This document shows positions 1 to 13,839 of a stretch of DNA of 64,000 nucleotides, piece by piece (the first letter of the stretch is position 1; each line of letters starts with the position of its first letter). Origin of the DNA: Octopus vulgaris (lineage: Eukaryota); the NCBI GenBank assembly GCA_951406725.2, contig OX597816.1, positions 6,696,001-6,760,000 on the forward strand, read 5' to 3'. The position numbers were made by a program, and so were the translations under genes. The notes under the pieces were generated by a model. That model saw only the letters and a list, made by a program, of their open reading frames with translations, did not search any database and was not told the origin of the DNA.

Positions 1-593
1 TACTTTCACTTACACATACACAGATACGCATGCTTACAAATACATATGCTTTGCTATACACATACTTATATAAACATTCTAATTTTGACAACATTGCTTT
101 TTTTAAAAAAACATTGCTTTTAAAAAAAAATTTTTTTAAATGGGTGCATTAATAAAAATATATACGAAAGACATATAAAATTAAATATAACATCCTATTT
201 TGGGTCATTTATAAATAATCAAGGTAATATAAATAATCAAGGTAATCCTATGCAATACAATAACATGAAAACAAAGTTTGTAGGTTTTTCCTAATATATA
301 TGTAGAAACATAAGACTTTGCTATACGGACTAAGATCCGCATAGCTTGGAAACAAAATCAAAATCCATCGTAGCGCTCAAGAGTCAAAATCAAAATCAAA
401 AATCAAAAATACAAAATATATACTCTATCCATATGGTATATTTATATTCGACATTTTAAATTTAGCCGCGTGCCTACATAAGTTCATTAACTCACTTCTT
501 TGATTCAAAGAATTATTGTCTTTGAATAAGATGTACATTTTTTCTAATAGACAAAGTCTGCACTTGAAATTATTTTTGTAAGCTCCATACTCC

Positions 594-647
<54 letters not shown>

Positions 648-906
648 TGAGGGAGTTGGTATGTGAAAACACGTGGTCGGATGTATAAAAGACAAAAAAG
701 AGAGGAAAAAGCTACAGAAGATTTATGTTAAAGAATATATTTAAATCGTTATGTTAGAAAAATGTTATAAAATTTTGTGTATAGTAAACATTGTCTTGGG
801 AGAAACAATCGGTTTCGTATTTTCTTTTCAAATTTCTCAAATTTCTTTACCGATATTGAGTCATCTCTTCGCTATACATACATATATGTATATATATATA
901 TATATA

Positions 907-1614
907 CATTCGGTAAAAATTTTGTTTATTTTTAGTAGTTTTGACCGCATTGGTCCCTCTTAGCGTGTTGGTATCTACGAATAGTAGTACCCTCAATATA
1001 ATATAAATGAATATTTTCAAAGAGGAAGAATTTACGGATTTTTTCTCTTACGAGGTTTTTCACGCTGACTACTGATAATTTCTTTAAAGATTTTATCCTC
1101 AATTGTTAATTTATATTTTTCACCGGAATAGTTCAATACTGAATTTTTATTCCGACTAGACAATTTGTTACCGAAATGCATTGCGAATAAGCCCGCCATT
1201 TTCATAGATATGTAAAGATAAACATTCGTACATGCTACGACGAATTCTACGGTTGGCTATCGAGCTTGTAATGTTATGTTTTCTCTTATATTTCTTGAGT
1301 TTGTTGCACTGATGAACATGAAATGCATATTCTGCATTAAATGCGAAATCACATGTGATATGTAACTGAATTCTTTTTTAAAATGATGTGTTTTGAAGTT
1401 TTGCATTCGGTAAAAATTTTGTTTATTTTTAGTAGTTTTGACCGCATTGGTCCCTCTTAGCGTGTTGGTATCTACGAATAGTAGTACCCTCAATATAATA
1501 TAAATGAATATTTTCAAAGAGGAAGAATTTACGGATTTTTTCTCTTACGAGGTTTTTCACGCTGACTACTGATAATTTCTTTTAAAGATTTTATCCTCAA
1601 TTGTTAATTTATAT
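907..1614. repeat. ~210-bp direct repeat pair (907-1116 and 1404-1614, period 497 bp); possible PLE pseudo-LTR tandem
   Basis: Copies are identical from cattcggtaaaaattttg to gttaatttatat except for one T indel; flanked by (TA)n and (TTA)n. Confidence 0.85.
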
Positions 1615-1617
1615 ATA

Positions 1618-1677
<60 letters not shown>

Positions 1678-2086
1678 TCCTTCTTCTTCTTCTTCTTCTT
1701 CTTCTTCTTCTTCTTCTTCTTCTTCTTCTTCTTCTGCTCCACCTTCTACTTCTTAACTTTATCACTAATGCTTTTTAGTATAACACCTACGCAAATTCCA
1801 TAAACAAACCTTTCAATAGAAATATTCTCCTGAATTGAACTGCAACTGCTAGCCGTCACTGACCATTCAAAATACGACCATCAAGGCACTCTCAAATTTT
1901 TCCACCCCCTCTCCTCATCAACCTTCTTCTTCTTCAACCCTACCAAGAATTCACAACGGCCTCGAACACACAAGTGCAAACAAGGGAGACAGAGAAAGGC
2001 AGAGTGCCACTTATATTTGAATACTATACAAATATTACTTTAAAAAAACTTTTCTTTTAATTTTTCTAAATTTAATTATTTAATCG

Positions 2087-2130
2087 TTACAGTTGAAAAG
2101 GTCTCAAAATGACCGAAACCGGTACTGAAA
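2087..2130 (+). ncRNA. degenerate minimal hammerhead ribozyme motif (PLE type)
   Basis: cag-TTGAAAA-ggtc(tcaaaat)gacc-GAAA-ccgg-TA-ctg: stems I, II and palindromic III are present; the CUGANGA box carries 2 substitutions. Confidence 0.5.
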
Positions 2131-2324
2131 TGTTCTTTATAAAATTATTTTAGCATTTTCTATCTTGACTTGTTTTTTCATATATATATTTATATATATG
2201 TATATAGATATAGATATAGATATAGATATATATGCATATATATACATATAGATATATAGATATAGATATAATAATGGAAAACTTGGGCATGCATATTTAC
2301 AAATATATGGGTGTGTGAATGTGT

Positions 2325-2364
<40 letters not shown>

Positions 2365-2392
2365 CAGTCAATCCAAACAAGAACAAGCAATA

Positions 2393-2523
<131 letters not shown>

Positions 2524-2829
2524 ATATATATATAAATAATGTTGCACGGGCCGGTGTTGAATACAATATATTCGTATAAAAGCATATTTAACATCTTCGA
2601 ATGTATTTTAACATGATAAAAAGTTCCGCTGCGGAAATAACAGCGAGTCAAAATTCTCCACCTAGATATGTGCGAAAATATATATTGATGGATATGAATG
2701 ACATCATCAGATCTTATGATGCATGCATTTCTGCGTCATTAAGGTTCGTCAGCAAAGGAAACTCAATGTGTTACAACCCGATGAGGACGAATGAGGAACT
2801 ACTGCTGCTATGTCTAGCGAGAATCATAT

Positions 2830-3213
2830 GAGTGGGTGTGTGGTAGGAAGGTTGTTTCCCGACCAAATGCTTCCGCCTTCAGTCCCACTGCGTAGCACCT
2901 TGGGTAAGTGTATTCTACTATAGCCTTGAGTTAACCAAAGATTTGTGAGTGGATTTGGTAGACAGAAACTGAAGGAAGCTTGTTATGTATATGTGTATGT
3001 GCACACATATGTTTGTCCCCCATCGTCGCTTGACAACTGGTATTGATGTTTCTCTCCCTGTAACTTAACGGTTCGGCAAAACAAAATCGATAGAATAAGA
3101 ATCAGGCTTTAAAAAATAAAAGTCCTGGGACCAATTCGTTTCACTAAAAATTCCTCAAGATAGCGCCCCAGCATGGCCGCAGTCTAATGACTGAAACAAG
3201 TAAATAGATAAAA
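2830..3213 (+). mobile_element. SINE family A, diverged copy
   Basis: Matches the 58649-59059 copy: cagtcccactgcg..caccttggg, ggatttggtagac, cagcatggccgcagtc tail. Confidence 0.85.
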
Positions 3214-3444
3214 GATATATATGTGCTTGTGCGCGTGTGGAGAGACAGACAGACAGACAGAGGCAGACACTGAGAGACAAAGAGAGATAAAGAGACGAAT
3301 GAAAGTAGCTCTCAATACATATAACAGGAGATGTATTTATTGTATTAACAGGTTAACTTAACTAATGTTACTTAGTTTCGTGAACATGCAAATACAACCA
3401 TCTCTTCAAACATTGCTTCCGAAGAGCTATATCAACCTATTACT

Positions 3445-3836
3445 CAAATTAACTACACACACACACGCGCGCGCGCGTGAGCATATATATATGTCTGCAT
3501 ATACCCGACACACACACACACACACAGAAGCACACAGAGAAACACACACATATACATGTATGTATGTATATATATATATGTGTGTGTGTATATATGTGTG
3601 TATATGTGTGTGTATGTATGTATGTTTGTATGTATGTATGTATGTATGTATGTATGTATGTGTGTATATTATATGTATGTATCGGAAGCAACTTTTCTAT
3701 TAAACATATATTTATTACACGAATATGTTCTAGTTTTATCTTTGAATCAAGGTTTCTCCAAAATAGACACAACATTAACAGACAATACTGGAAGAAATAA
3801 TTATGAGTACAACATAATTGAAGCATATATACGCAA

Positions 3837-3883
<47 letters not shown>

Positions 3884-3907
3884 CATGCATACATATATAC
3901 ATGTATG

Positions 3908-3951
<44 letters not shown>

Positions 3952-4043
3952 CATACATACATGCATACATATATATATATGTATGTATATATATATATAT
4001 ATATACATACATACATGCATGCATACATACATACATACATACA

Positions 4044-4076
<33 letters not shown>

Positions 4077-4232
4077 GTATGTATGTATATATATATATAT
4101 ATATATATATAACGGAAGCTTTATGAAAATAAACAAAAGACGAAGGCAGGTGGAATACAAACAAACAATTGTATTATATATATATATATATACGCATATA
4201 TATACACATACATATATATAAATATGCATACA

Positions 4233-4264
<32 letters not shown>

Positions 4265-4451
4265 CATACATACATACATACATATATGTATGTATATATA
4301 TATACATACATATATATATATACATATATACATACATACAAGTACATACATATATATATATATGTATGTATATATATATACGCATATATATACACATACA
4401 TATATATAAATATGCATACATATATGTGTGTATATATATATATATACATAC

Positions 4452-4522
<71 letters not shown>

Positions 4523-4545
4523 TGTATGTATATGTATGTATATAT
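3445..4545. repeat. compound (CA)/(TA)/(TATG)/(CATA) microsatellite field
   Basis: Directly visible; includes an internal ~200-bp-period duplication near 4175-4460. Confidence 0.95.
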
Positions 4546-5112
4546 TATTGTGTGTAAGCAACTATATGTTTACCTCTAGCATCCTTGTATAAGACTGCGT
4601 GTATGATTTCACAACTGCGTATATTTATACATCTTAAGCATACACATACACACAGATATATGTTCATACACACACACACAGGAATAGATCTAGTTGAGTG
4701 ATCCACTTACAAACTGCTACTATCTATTTATGACAATCTAAATTAAACTGGCTTCTTCGTAAAGGATTTATGTATATCCAGCTTTTGTTTGCTTGTCTTT
4801 TTTAATACTTTGGCTCTTTTGAATAAAGAAGGCTGTGATTTCTAAGAAAACAAAATTCAATCATTAGAATATGGTTTGTGGCCAAAATGCCTTGTTTTCT
4901 GACTCTACTACCCCCTTAGAAGATCGAACGAAAGAGTATTCGAATGCTAATTTATAGATGTCGCGAGAATGTTTCCTTATATTACTAATATTGTATTAAA
5001 TGAAAATACTCACCCTCGGGGACATATTTTATATCTGCCGTGAGGTAGTTCTTCCCATTGATGAAAGTGAATATTGTTTAGCAACGGTATCATACTGCAT
5101 AGAAAGAGATAT

Positions 5113-5329
5113 TGGTTTCAGATTTTGGTACAAAGCCAGAAATTTCAGGGAATGGTGTTAGTCAGTTGCATTGACCCCAGTATTCAACTGGTGCTTATTT
5201 TATCGACCCCTCCAAAAGGGATGAAAGGCAAAGTCGGCCGCGGCAGAAGTTGAACTCAGAACGTAAAGACGAACGAAATGTCACTAAGAATTCTTCCCGG
5301 CGTGCTAACGATTCTGCCAGTTTGCCGCC
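5113..5329 (-). mobile_element. SINE family B, older subfamily
   Basis: atcgacccc..gatgaaaggcaaagtcg..gaactcagaacgt..ctgccagtttgccgcc. Confidence 0.85.
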
Positions 5330-5599
5330 TTGTATAACGATAATATATTGATAACATTATAAGGAAGATTCTTGGAGTTTAACCCTTTGAAGCCGTGAGT
5401 ATACATTTTGTGGGGTACGATTTCATTTGACTGTTGCTCTGGAAGATTCCAAATGGGCAGCAGCACCGTTTTGTGTTTCTAATAGGTAAAAACACGGTTA
5501 TTTTCAGTCGTAAACACAAAAGCAAGTGGGAGCCCACTTTGGCATAACCCAGCGATATAATCAAATGAAATCGCAACCACTAAAACATACTTGCAATTT

Positions 5600-5960
5600 C
5601 AAAGAGTTAAAACCTTCTATGTCTCTTTTACTTGTACTTGTGGCGACATTCACCCTGGGCGGGTTGCGTCGGCTTCTTCTACTCATGGAAGAAGTTTCGT
5701 GGGAATATGTGGATTTCACAAGCGGTCCCCAACAATCCCGCATGTAGAAACATCCTGTTTGCCGCAGATTGTTCACAGACGCAGGGACAGAACGGCCGAG
5801 GAGCCGCCGGTTGCCGAAGAAGGCACTCCGAGGATTTTCACCAGAACCCCGTCTGCCGGGTTGCGGCCCTAATACCACTCGATGTCGGACCAATCCGCCT
5901 TGGGTGACCCTACTAGGAACCGAAGTTCCCGACGGCATAGCTCTGACACTTATGTCTCTT
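5600..5960 (-). mobile_element. RTE-clade LINE 5' UTR fragment
   Basis: The minus strand reads gagctatgccgtcggg...cctagtagggtcacccaaggcggattggtc, resembling the 5' motif of RTE/BovB/Expander elements (recalled similarity); GC-richer island. Confidence 0.55.
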
Positions 5961-6449
5961 TTGGTCGAAGATGTTCTTGGATTGCAAAACCTCCCCTCAA
6001 AATAGAATGCGATGTAACTGTCATGAGTCAAAGAAAAGCTAAACTTCCTTTTCTTACTTCTATCAATCGTGTGTTTTCATGCCATGCATGACTGCTTCAC
6101 TTACAGGTCTTTTGTGAGACACAATCATTCAACGACTTAACGGGTTTCGTGGAGCACCATCATGAAATGGGCGCTTCTCGAAGGATTCAAGTCCAGTTTG
6201 CAACATATTACTCTCCCCACTTCATTTTGAACTAATTGTTGTTGTTCTTGTTGTGCTTTTTCTTGTTGCTTAACAGATGACATCAGAGTGATGCAACACG
6301 ACACTTGAAAGTTGCGTGGACTAATCTTGAGCCTCCATTTCCGTTGTTTCCGATACAGAGTCTCTCAGAGTAACTATTCCGATATCAACTGAAGGTGAAA
6401 GCCTCCACTTAATATCAGAATTTTGTTGGGTTTTAATATCTATGACACG

Positions 6450-7060
6450 AAGTTTCTCTATAATTCATTCAAGCATTTCAAGTGTTGGTACTAGTGTACT
6501 TCGGCTTTTGTGGGACATGCTTGTTCCATTAGCTTGGAGTGGAATAGCTTTAGAGGTAAACTTAATCTTTGTTCCAAATTCACTTTTTCCAATGCATCAA
6601 ATGTTTCTATGTTTGAGATGTTCGAGATCATTCTACAACATTACTGACGTGGTTCTTAAAATGATGAGGTATGTTTTGTTGATTGCAAATAGGCCTTTCG
6701 TTGTGTTTACACGCGTTGAGCTTTTCGGTAACATTAAGGAATTTAACTATCGTTATGTTAGTGATTTCAGTGATATTCAATCATCAGTTCTTTAATTGCA
6801 CGAATTAGGGTGGGTTTTTTTCTGTATTTTATCAAGATTGTATCCGTGCATATTGTTAGAAATAATTAAGCCGTCATCTCTGTACAAGCCTTTGTTTAAA
6901 GCATTACGCTTATATTTAAGGCTATCTAGGATACACAATCAAATTAGAACATGAATGTCCGCTCCATCAAAGCGCTCCATTATGACATTAAATAGATTAT
7001 TTGTGTCTTTTACGCACGCTGAATCTCTGTCCAAAGGAATTGGCTTTCTGGCGTGCAAAG
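6450..7060 (-). pseudogene. Penelope-like reverse transcriptase relic
   Basis: The minus strand translates ..MERFDGADI..ILDSL..NKGLYRDDGLII; GLYRDDGL is typical of PLE RT; many stops. Confidence 0.7.
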
Positions 7061-7798
7061 CAGTAATTGATAAAGTAAATGATTCCATCCAAATTAATCC
7101 AATCCTATAACCTTATAGAAACATGCTATAAGGTGGTATTAATTTGGTTGGAAAGAACAATCGTATTACTGTATGTATACTAAAGCAATTTAGTGTAGAG
7201 AAGCCGGAAGGACATTATGTTGTAAATCAGAATTGATGTTTTGAGGTGAGAATATACAGATGTAATAGAACTGCCGTTAATGTTATCAAATTGTAGTAAG
7301 ATGGCAGTGCTTTGTCAACGACTTGCTTTAATGTTAGAAGAGAGTGTGTGGCTGTGTTTTAAATGGTAGATCAGAATTCAAAGTTGGTGTTTTAACGTGA
7401 TTATGCAAGAGAAGATAGAAGTATATAAGAATGGTAAGTGATGTGAAGTATAAACGCGTATTCTCTAGAGATGATGGATGATATAGAGAAGGAAGTGGTT
7501 ATGTGAAGATTAGATTAAATTTGGGATATGAAAGGTAGGATGTACGTCTTCAAAAATTTTAGGTTTAATTTAGTTATATTCTTGAGCTAAAAAGTGAATC
7601 CATAGATAAAATATAATAAGTTTAACATCATACATATATGTATATATGTGTGTGTATATGTGTGAAGAGAGAGAGAGAGAGAGAAAGTGAATGGGGAGGA
7701 GAGAACCAGAGGGATAACCACAACCATTTAGATAATAAGAGAAATGAGAGTGATTAGTTGTAGTACGCGATATTGCGAGTTTATCCTATTAATTAATA

Positions 7799-8060
7799 TC
7801 AAAGGTTTAAAATATTGAAAGGTTTTGAATACTCTATGCAGACAAGAAGCTTTACATTTAGAGTATCCATTAAGAAATGGTGATTTAGGAAACAGGATTT
7901 CAAAATTTTCACTTGTCTGAAACTGGAATATTCTATTGATAGTTTAAAATTTAGCGAAGAGACGTGTCTGCCATTATAAGTTATCATAAGTATTTTTTTC
8001 TAAGTCCCATGTAAATTTAGAAACTAATGTGTCATTACTTCTATCCTCATGGTTGGTATA
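7799..8060 (-). pseudogene. PLE GIY-YIG endonuclease C-terminal relic
   Basis: Minus strand ..TLVSKFTWDLEKN..SENFEILFPKSPFLN..SCLHRVFKTF aligns by eye with the 34446-34716 peptide. Confidence 0.55.
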
Positions 8061-8197
8061 AATACAATTAAGTTGAGACGTGAGTTAAACTAAATGGAGG
8101 TTTTTTCCCTGTTGGTATTTTCTATATATTTATTTTATTTGGGGACCCACTGAGCAAAATATCATCACCATCAGAATAATTGTTCAAAAGTATTTTG

Positions 8198-8675
8198 AGA
8201 TGGATGGATCGAACGATCGATCTATGAATCGCCCGATCGATGAAGAGATGGATGGTTCGATCGATCGATGGATCAATCGATGGATTGATCGATCGATGGA
8301 TTGATCGATCGATGGATTGATTGATCGATGGATTGATCGATCGATGGATTGATCGATCGATGGATCGATCGATGGATTGATCGATCGATGAATTGATTGA
8401 AAGATGGATGGTTGGCTAGATCGATAGATTGAAGGAGGCATGGTTGGACAGATGAATGGATTGATAGATCGATCGATCGATAGAATGATGAATCGACTGA
8501 TCGACAGATCGATGGATCATTGGATAGACGAATGAATCGATGGAGGGATGGAGGGATCGATCGCTCGATCGTTGGCAGGATAGTTGGATCGATTGAGTGA
8601 TCGATAGTTCGATGGATCGTTGGATGAATGAATGGATCGACAGAAGGATGGATGGTTCGACGTAACAATGGTTGG
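8198..8675. repeat. (GATC/GATG/GATT)n degenerate minisatellite
   Basis: Repeated gatcgatcgatggatt units. Confidence 0.9.
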
Positions 8676-9303
8676 AAGGATGGAGTGGGAGAGAGAGAGA
8701 GATGCCAGACGACTGGTAAAACGATATCTAAAGCTTTCTTTCATGCACATCCTTCAGCTGGTTCTCATAGAGACACACTGAAGACCATTGACACCAATTG
8801 TTGGTTCCACATGGAAGGACGGCAAATAACAATGTAAAAAGTATTGGAAATAATTATGAAAACCATAAAGTACAAGGACAGGAAGTTTCTTTAGAAATAC
8901 GTCTCTTAAGAAAAATCTTATCAAATAACACCATAAGAAAGTCGTGGGGCGATTCCTGCTTTGAGGAACCTTGTGAACGCGGAAACGTGGAAACTGGTGA
9001 TTGTTTAGAAGAAAAGGTTTTTGTTTGGTTTTATGAATTTGAGATTAACTGGCTTTATTTGTGTGCGTAGGTTATGATTGGAAAATAAATACATATTTGT
9101 TGTTATGCCTTTAGGTAAGTAGTTATGGCTACTCAAGTATGTTGGAGGAGGAATTGAATGGAAATATCATGTTTATATATGGTGTGTATAGAGTGATGTG
9201 CATATACACACCGGTATACACATATATACACATACATCCATACATACAACTAAATACGACGATATACAAAACACTTACGGAACCAAGCTTCGTACACATA
9301 CAC

Positions 9304-9338
<35 letters not shown>

Positions 9339-9346
9339 TGTATATA

Positions 9347-9387
<41 letters not shown>

Positions 9388-9479
9388 ATTTATGTATGCA
9401 TCCATATATCTCTACGTATATTCACAAACGCATATTCATACATAATTATATGTAGATACAAATATGCGTGAGGATAATT

Positions 9480-9726
<247 letters not shown>

Positions 9727-9759
9727 GGGCTATCAGTCTTCGTCGTTATCAAATTCGTT

Positions 9760-10560
9760 CAAATGGTCTGTTCCCGAATCTTTCCTCCATATGCACAGGT
9801 GTTTTCTAACCCCAAACTTGCAGCATTGATGTTATCGTCTACGTTTGACAACCCTGTAATTAGGGCCCGTCAATATTATTTTATAGGGTATTGCCTGGTT
9901 CTTCTAACCGATTCGAGTAATTCTATTTTGGCCTTCTATAAAAAAAAATTAGCAGAATATCTCCATCCTGGCATGTCCCATTTATGGATTGTTCTGATAT
10001 AACTTCCATTCAATTTTGGCTCAAACACGTCTATAACGCCTCTGTTGAAATCTTCGGAAGTTTTCTGCTATTCGTTTCTTTTCCCAGTACTTTATCCTGC
10101 TGCAGCTCCTTTCGACACTTGTGTCCCCCATTCTCATACCAACCTATGATATATCCTCATGCCATCCAATTTAATCATTCTACTTCTCTTCATAATCAAC
10201 CCCACACACTTCCAACCAATATCCTTCGCTAATTATCCTTACTGTCTGAAGAAGAGAATCAAAACAGTATCCATTCCTAGAGTACAGTTTAAGGTCATCA
10301 ATACACAGAAGATGATTTAGTTGTCTCTTGTTCTTAGCAAACGCATAATCAGGTCTATAACTTTTCAGTGTATTAGTCAAAGGGCCATGGCAATCACGAA
10401 AAGGAACGGAGACAACGAGTCTGCGTGAAACCTACTCCTCTGAATGTTCACATTTCACAATGATTTATCTCCGTATTTAAGCTGACTTAAGTTGTCTTCA
10501 GCACCACTCAAAGACTTCTGCTTGGCAAACCACGGCTTCATGCAACGTATTTTTATGTAA
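9760..10560 (-). pseudogene. R4/Dong-clade LINE reverse transcriptase relic
   Basis: LNHLLCIDDLKLY (HLLYMDDLKLY motif) preceded by DSLSPFLFVIAM on the minus strand. Confidence 0.75.
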
Positions 10561-11040
10561 TCTACACTGCCCAAATATGTAATTAGCAAAAATCTGGGAG
10601 AATTCTAAATCTTCCCTTTTACATACATTGTCATTTTTTCGTCTGTGCAAAACATGATCCGGAGACAACGTTTCGGCGTCTCCTCCTGATTAGCTTTAAG
10701 TGCTGCGCAAATAAGAAATACTATGGAAACAACTACATACATACGTACATACATTCGTGTATTTGTGTGTGTGTATTGTAACGTTAATTGGTGGAATCAA
10801 CAAAAAGTAGTCCACTCAGCAACAGTAAAAATATTTAAATCCTGTGCATGCGTAAATATGTGTATGTGCTTGTGTTTATATATACAAATATATATATATA
10901 TTTATATATATATTTGTATGTATGTATGTATATATGTATATATGTATATGTATATATACATATATACATACGTATATGTGTGTGTACGTATTTATATAAA
11001 TATATATGTACGTATGTATATATGTATATATATATATATT

Positions 11041-11107
<67 letters not shown>

Positions 11108-11708
11108 AGGAAGGTGGCGGAGGATAAATGGCTAGAGTGCTTCTAAATATAACGGATAAATATAAATGGATCACTTTTTAAACAATTGCAATTAATAATG
11201 ATATTTAGTTCGTAGTTCAATATAAAACTATTTATCAATGTAAATCCTTCTTGCTCTCTCTCTCTCCCCTCTACTCCCCTCTCTCGCTCTCTTTTTCCCT
11301 CCCTTCTAATCCTTGTTATTGGGGGAGAGGCGTCTGTTTCATTATTTCCCGATTTTTATTGAACAGCGATTCTATTTCGTTTTATTTGCTGATAAATTGC
11401 TGTTTATTTTTATGCTAATCAACTCAACGATAGACAAAATGCATTTTTTCCTCGCGTGTCTCCGCTTCCGATATCCACCAAATGCCGCCATTTTGGCTGA
11501 CTCAACTTGTTCAGACATCTTTCCTGTATTGTTTATCACAATATACTGATATCAAATATCACAGCGTATTCTTCGATAATTCTTTCACTCTTAAATCTAA
11601 ACATTGTTCCTTTTTGGCATTCTATTTTCATCAACCATTTCCAAGATCTGTTTTTCTTTTATCTTTCTTTTCACTCACTTCATTATAGTATTTCCGCATA
11701 CCTCGCTC

Positions 11709-11767
<59 letters not shown>

Positions 11768-12837
11768 CTATCTCTCTCTCTCTTTTTCTCTCTCTCTCTC
11801 ATTTTGTCTCTCTAATCCCTATTCTTTCTTTTCGTCTACCTTCCTTCCTTCCTCTTTACATTTTCTCTATTTTATTACTTCTCTCTTTTCCCCCTTCTTT
11901 CTGTGATCCTCCTCTTTCTCTCTCTCTCCCTCCCTCTCTCTCTCTCTCTCTCTCTCATCCATCTCTGAATCGCTTATACCTCACGGCCTCACACTCCGCA
12001 CTTATCACTCTCAATTACACTCCAGGTTCCTTCTTAGTCCTCAATGTCCTTCATTATCCTACCTTATTCGCTCTTTCTCTCTTTCTCTCTCTCTCCTTCC
12101 CTCACTATCTATCTATCTCTCTATCTCCCTCTCTCTCACATCATATCGGCCATTTTCCTTGCAAGTTGATAACGTAATATCCTGCAGCAAGCAATAGAAA
12201 TAATGAAATAATACATCGATGAAATTTAGGAAAATTTCAATTTGATAAAAATATTTTACACACGACATTCAATAGATCACCCTTTAATTTAACTCCATGC
12301 TATTGGCTCACTTGAAATCCTTCCTTTGGCTAACGCTATTTTTCTTTAATTATGCTAATTACTGCCGGACTAAACTAATAAAATATATGCTCCACGATGC
12401 TTATGGTCATAAAATACGTTCTCCCAACACTGCGAAAGACGCAGCAAATTAGATGAAGTATTGCACTTAAGGACTGTCCATAACTCCGTGTTTTAAACTT
12501 TTCAATCAAAATTTCATAAAGACCGACTTTCCTCTTTTACTAAAGCACATACCAGTAATGTTCAATATTCTAGGTACATGATTCCGTTGGCTGTACTCAT
12601 CCCTTATAAGACTAACTCATACCTTTCAGCAGTAATCGACACATTTCTTCACGCTTTATGTTTTGACCAGAAACGAAGTAGTCAGAATCACTAATGTGTG
12701 GACCTACTGAGCAGCAACTCAGCTAACACGTGGCAATTAACTTAAATCATTTGAAATACGGTCCTTATTTCTTTTTAACTAACTGATAATCTCTACTGCA
12801 CATTATTATTATTATTGTTATTATTATTATTATTATT

Positions 12838-13128
12838 CTATGTTTGACTTTTGCTTTAAATTTGTACAAGTTGGTTCCAAGTCTCACCCAGAGACCTCAA
12901 GAGACAACAGGTTGGAAGTTCGTGTTGTTGTTATGCCAAGTGTGTCATATATTTGGTTTTGTATTTAGTGTTGTACTAGTGAATGTCTAAAGAAAAAATA
13001 ACCAAATTTATGTTTGTTTTAAACCTTGAGATTACATAGAAAGTATTTTGCGTAGGATATGAGCAGTTCCCATGAGCACTATCTTTTGAATTTCTGCCAT
13101 TTTGGGGTTTCCTGGTATCTGAGTTAGT
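12838..13128 (-). mobile_element. R4/Dong LINE 3' end, 5'-truncated, in (TAA)n
   Basis: Peptide QIPGNPKMAEIQKIVLMGTAHILRKILSM* plus 3'UTR; near-identical to 21620-22003; both flanks (TTA)n. Confidence 0.8.
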
Positions 13129-13148
13129 CATTATTATTATTATTATTA

Positions 13149-13233
<85 letters not shown>

Positions 13234-13236
13234 CAT

Positions 13237-13784
13237 TGAGTGAGAGAGCAGTTCATGCCATCAAAGTGACACTGGGGTAAAATATACGAAGCCCAATATA
13301 CCCATCATGACTACTCGTCTGATAAGGGTACACCAGGCACATGCATCACAACCATATGTGCGCGACATGGTGATCTCATATCAAGATAAACAGCACATGA
13401 CCTTGCAGGTGGGGCCCAGTTAGAATTTTCTTCAGGTTGAGTAGCCCATCCCGCTCAAAAGGTCCCTGAATAAGGGTTGTTTAAGGATGTTGAAAGAACC
13501 ACCCATGTTTCCAGAGGTGAATTATTCAAACCCCAAAGAATCCCTCTCAACACATGGCTATGATGCTCCCCCACTACTTCTGCTCGTGATCAGAGATGCA
13601 CATATCGTCAGCCACTAAGGGACATGCTCAACTGGTTAAGATCAAACAACTGACAAGCAAATCTGTGGTATTGAGCAGAATATTTGCTGTAGCCCATCTT
13701 TTATACCAAGACAAAACAATGTACATGATAACACTTCCAATAAGTTAAGATCAGAAGCCATGAGAGCCACTGCCTGGTACTACA

Positions 13785-13785
<1 letters not shown>
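13237..13785. mobile_element. 550-bp non-coding insert between (TTA)n tracts, probable non-autonomous Dong-dependent element
   Basis: Complex sequence sharply bounded on both sides by (TTA)n; no ORF. Confidence 0.5.

Positions 13786-13836
<51 letters not shown>

Positions 13837-13839
<3 letters not shown>

Noticed and set aside
5561-6031. 156-aa ORF as a host gene
   Set aside because: Overlaps the GC-richer RTE-like UTR with open frames on both strands; no domain recognised.
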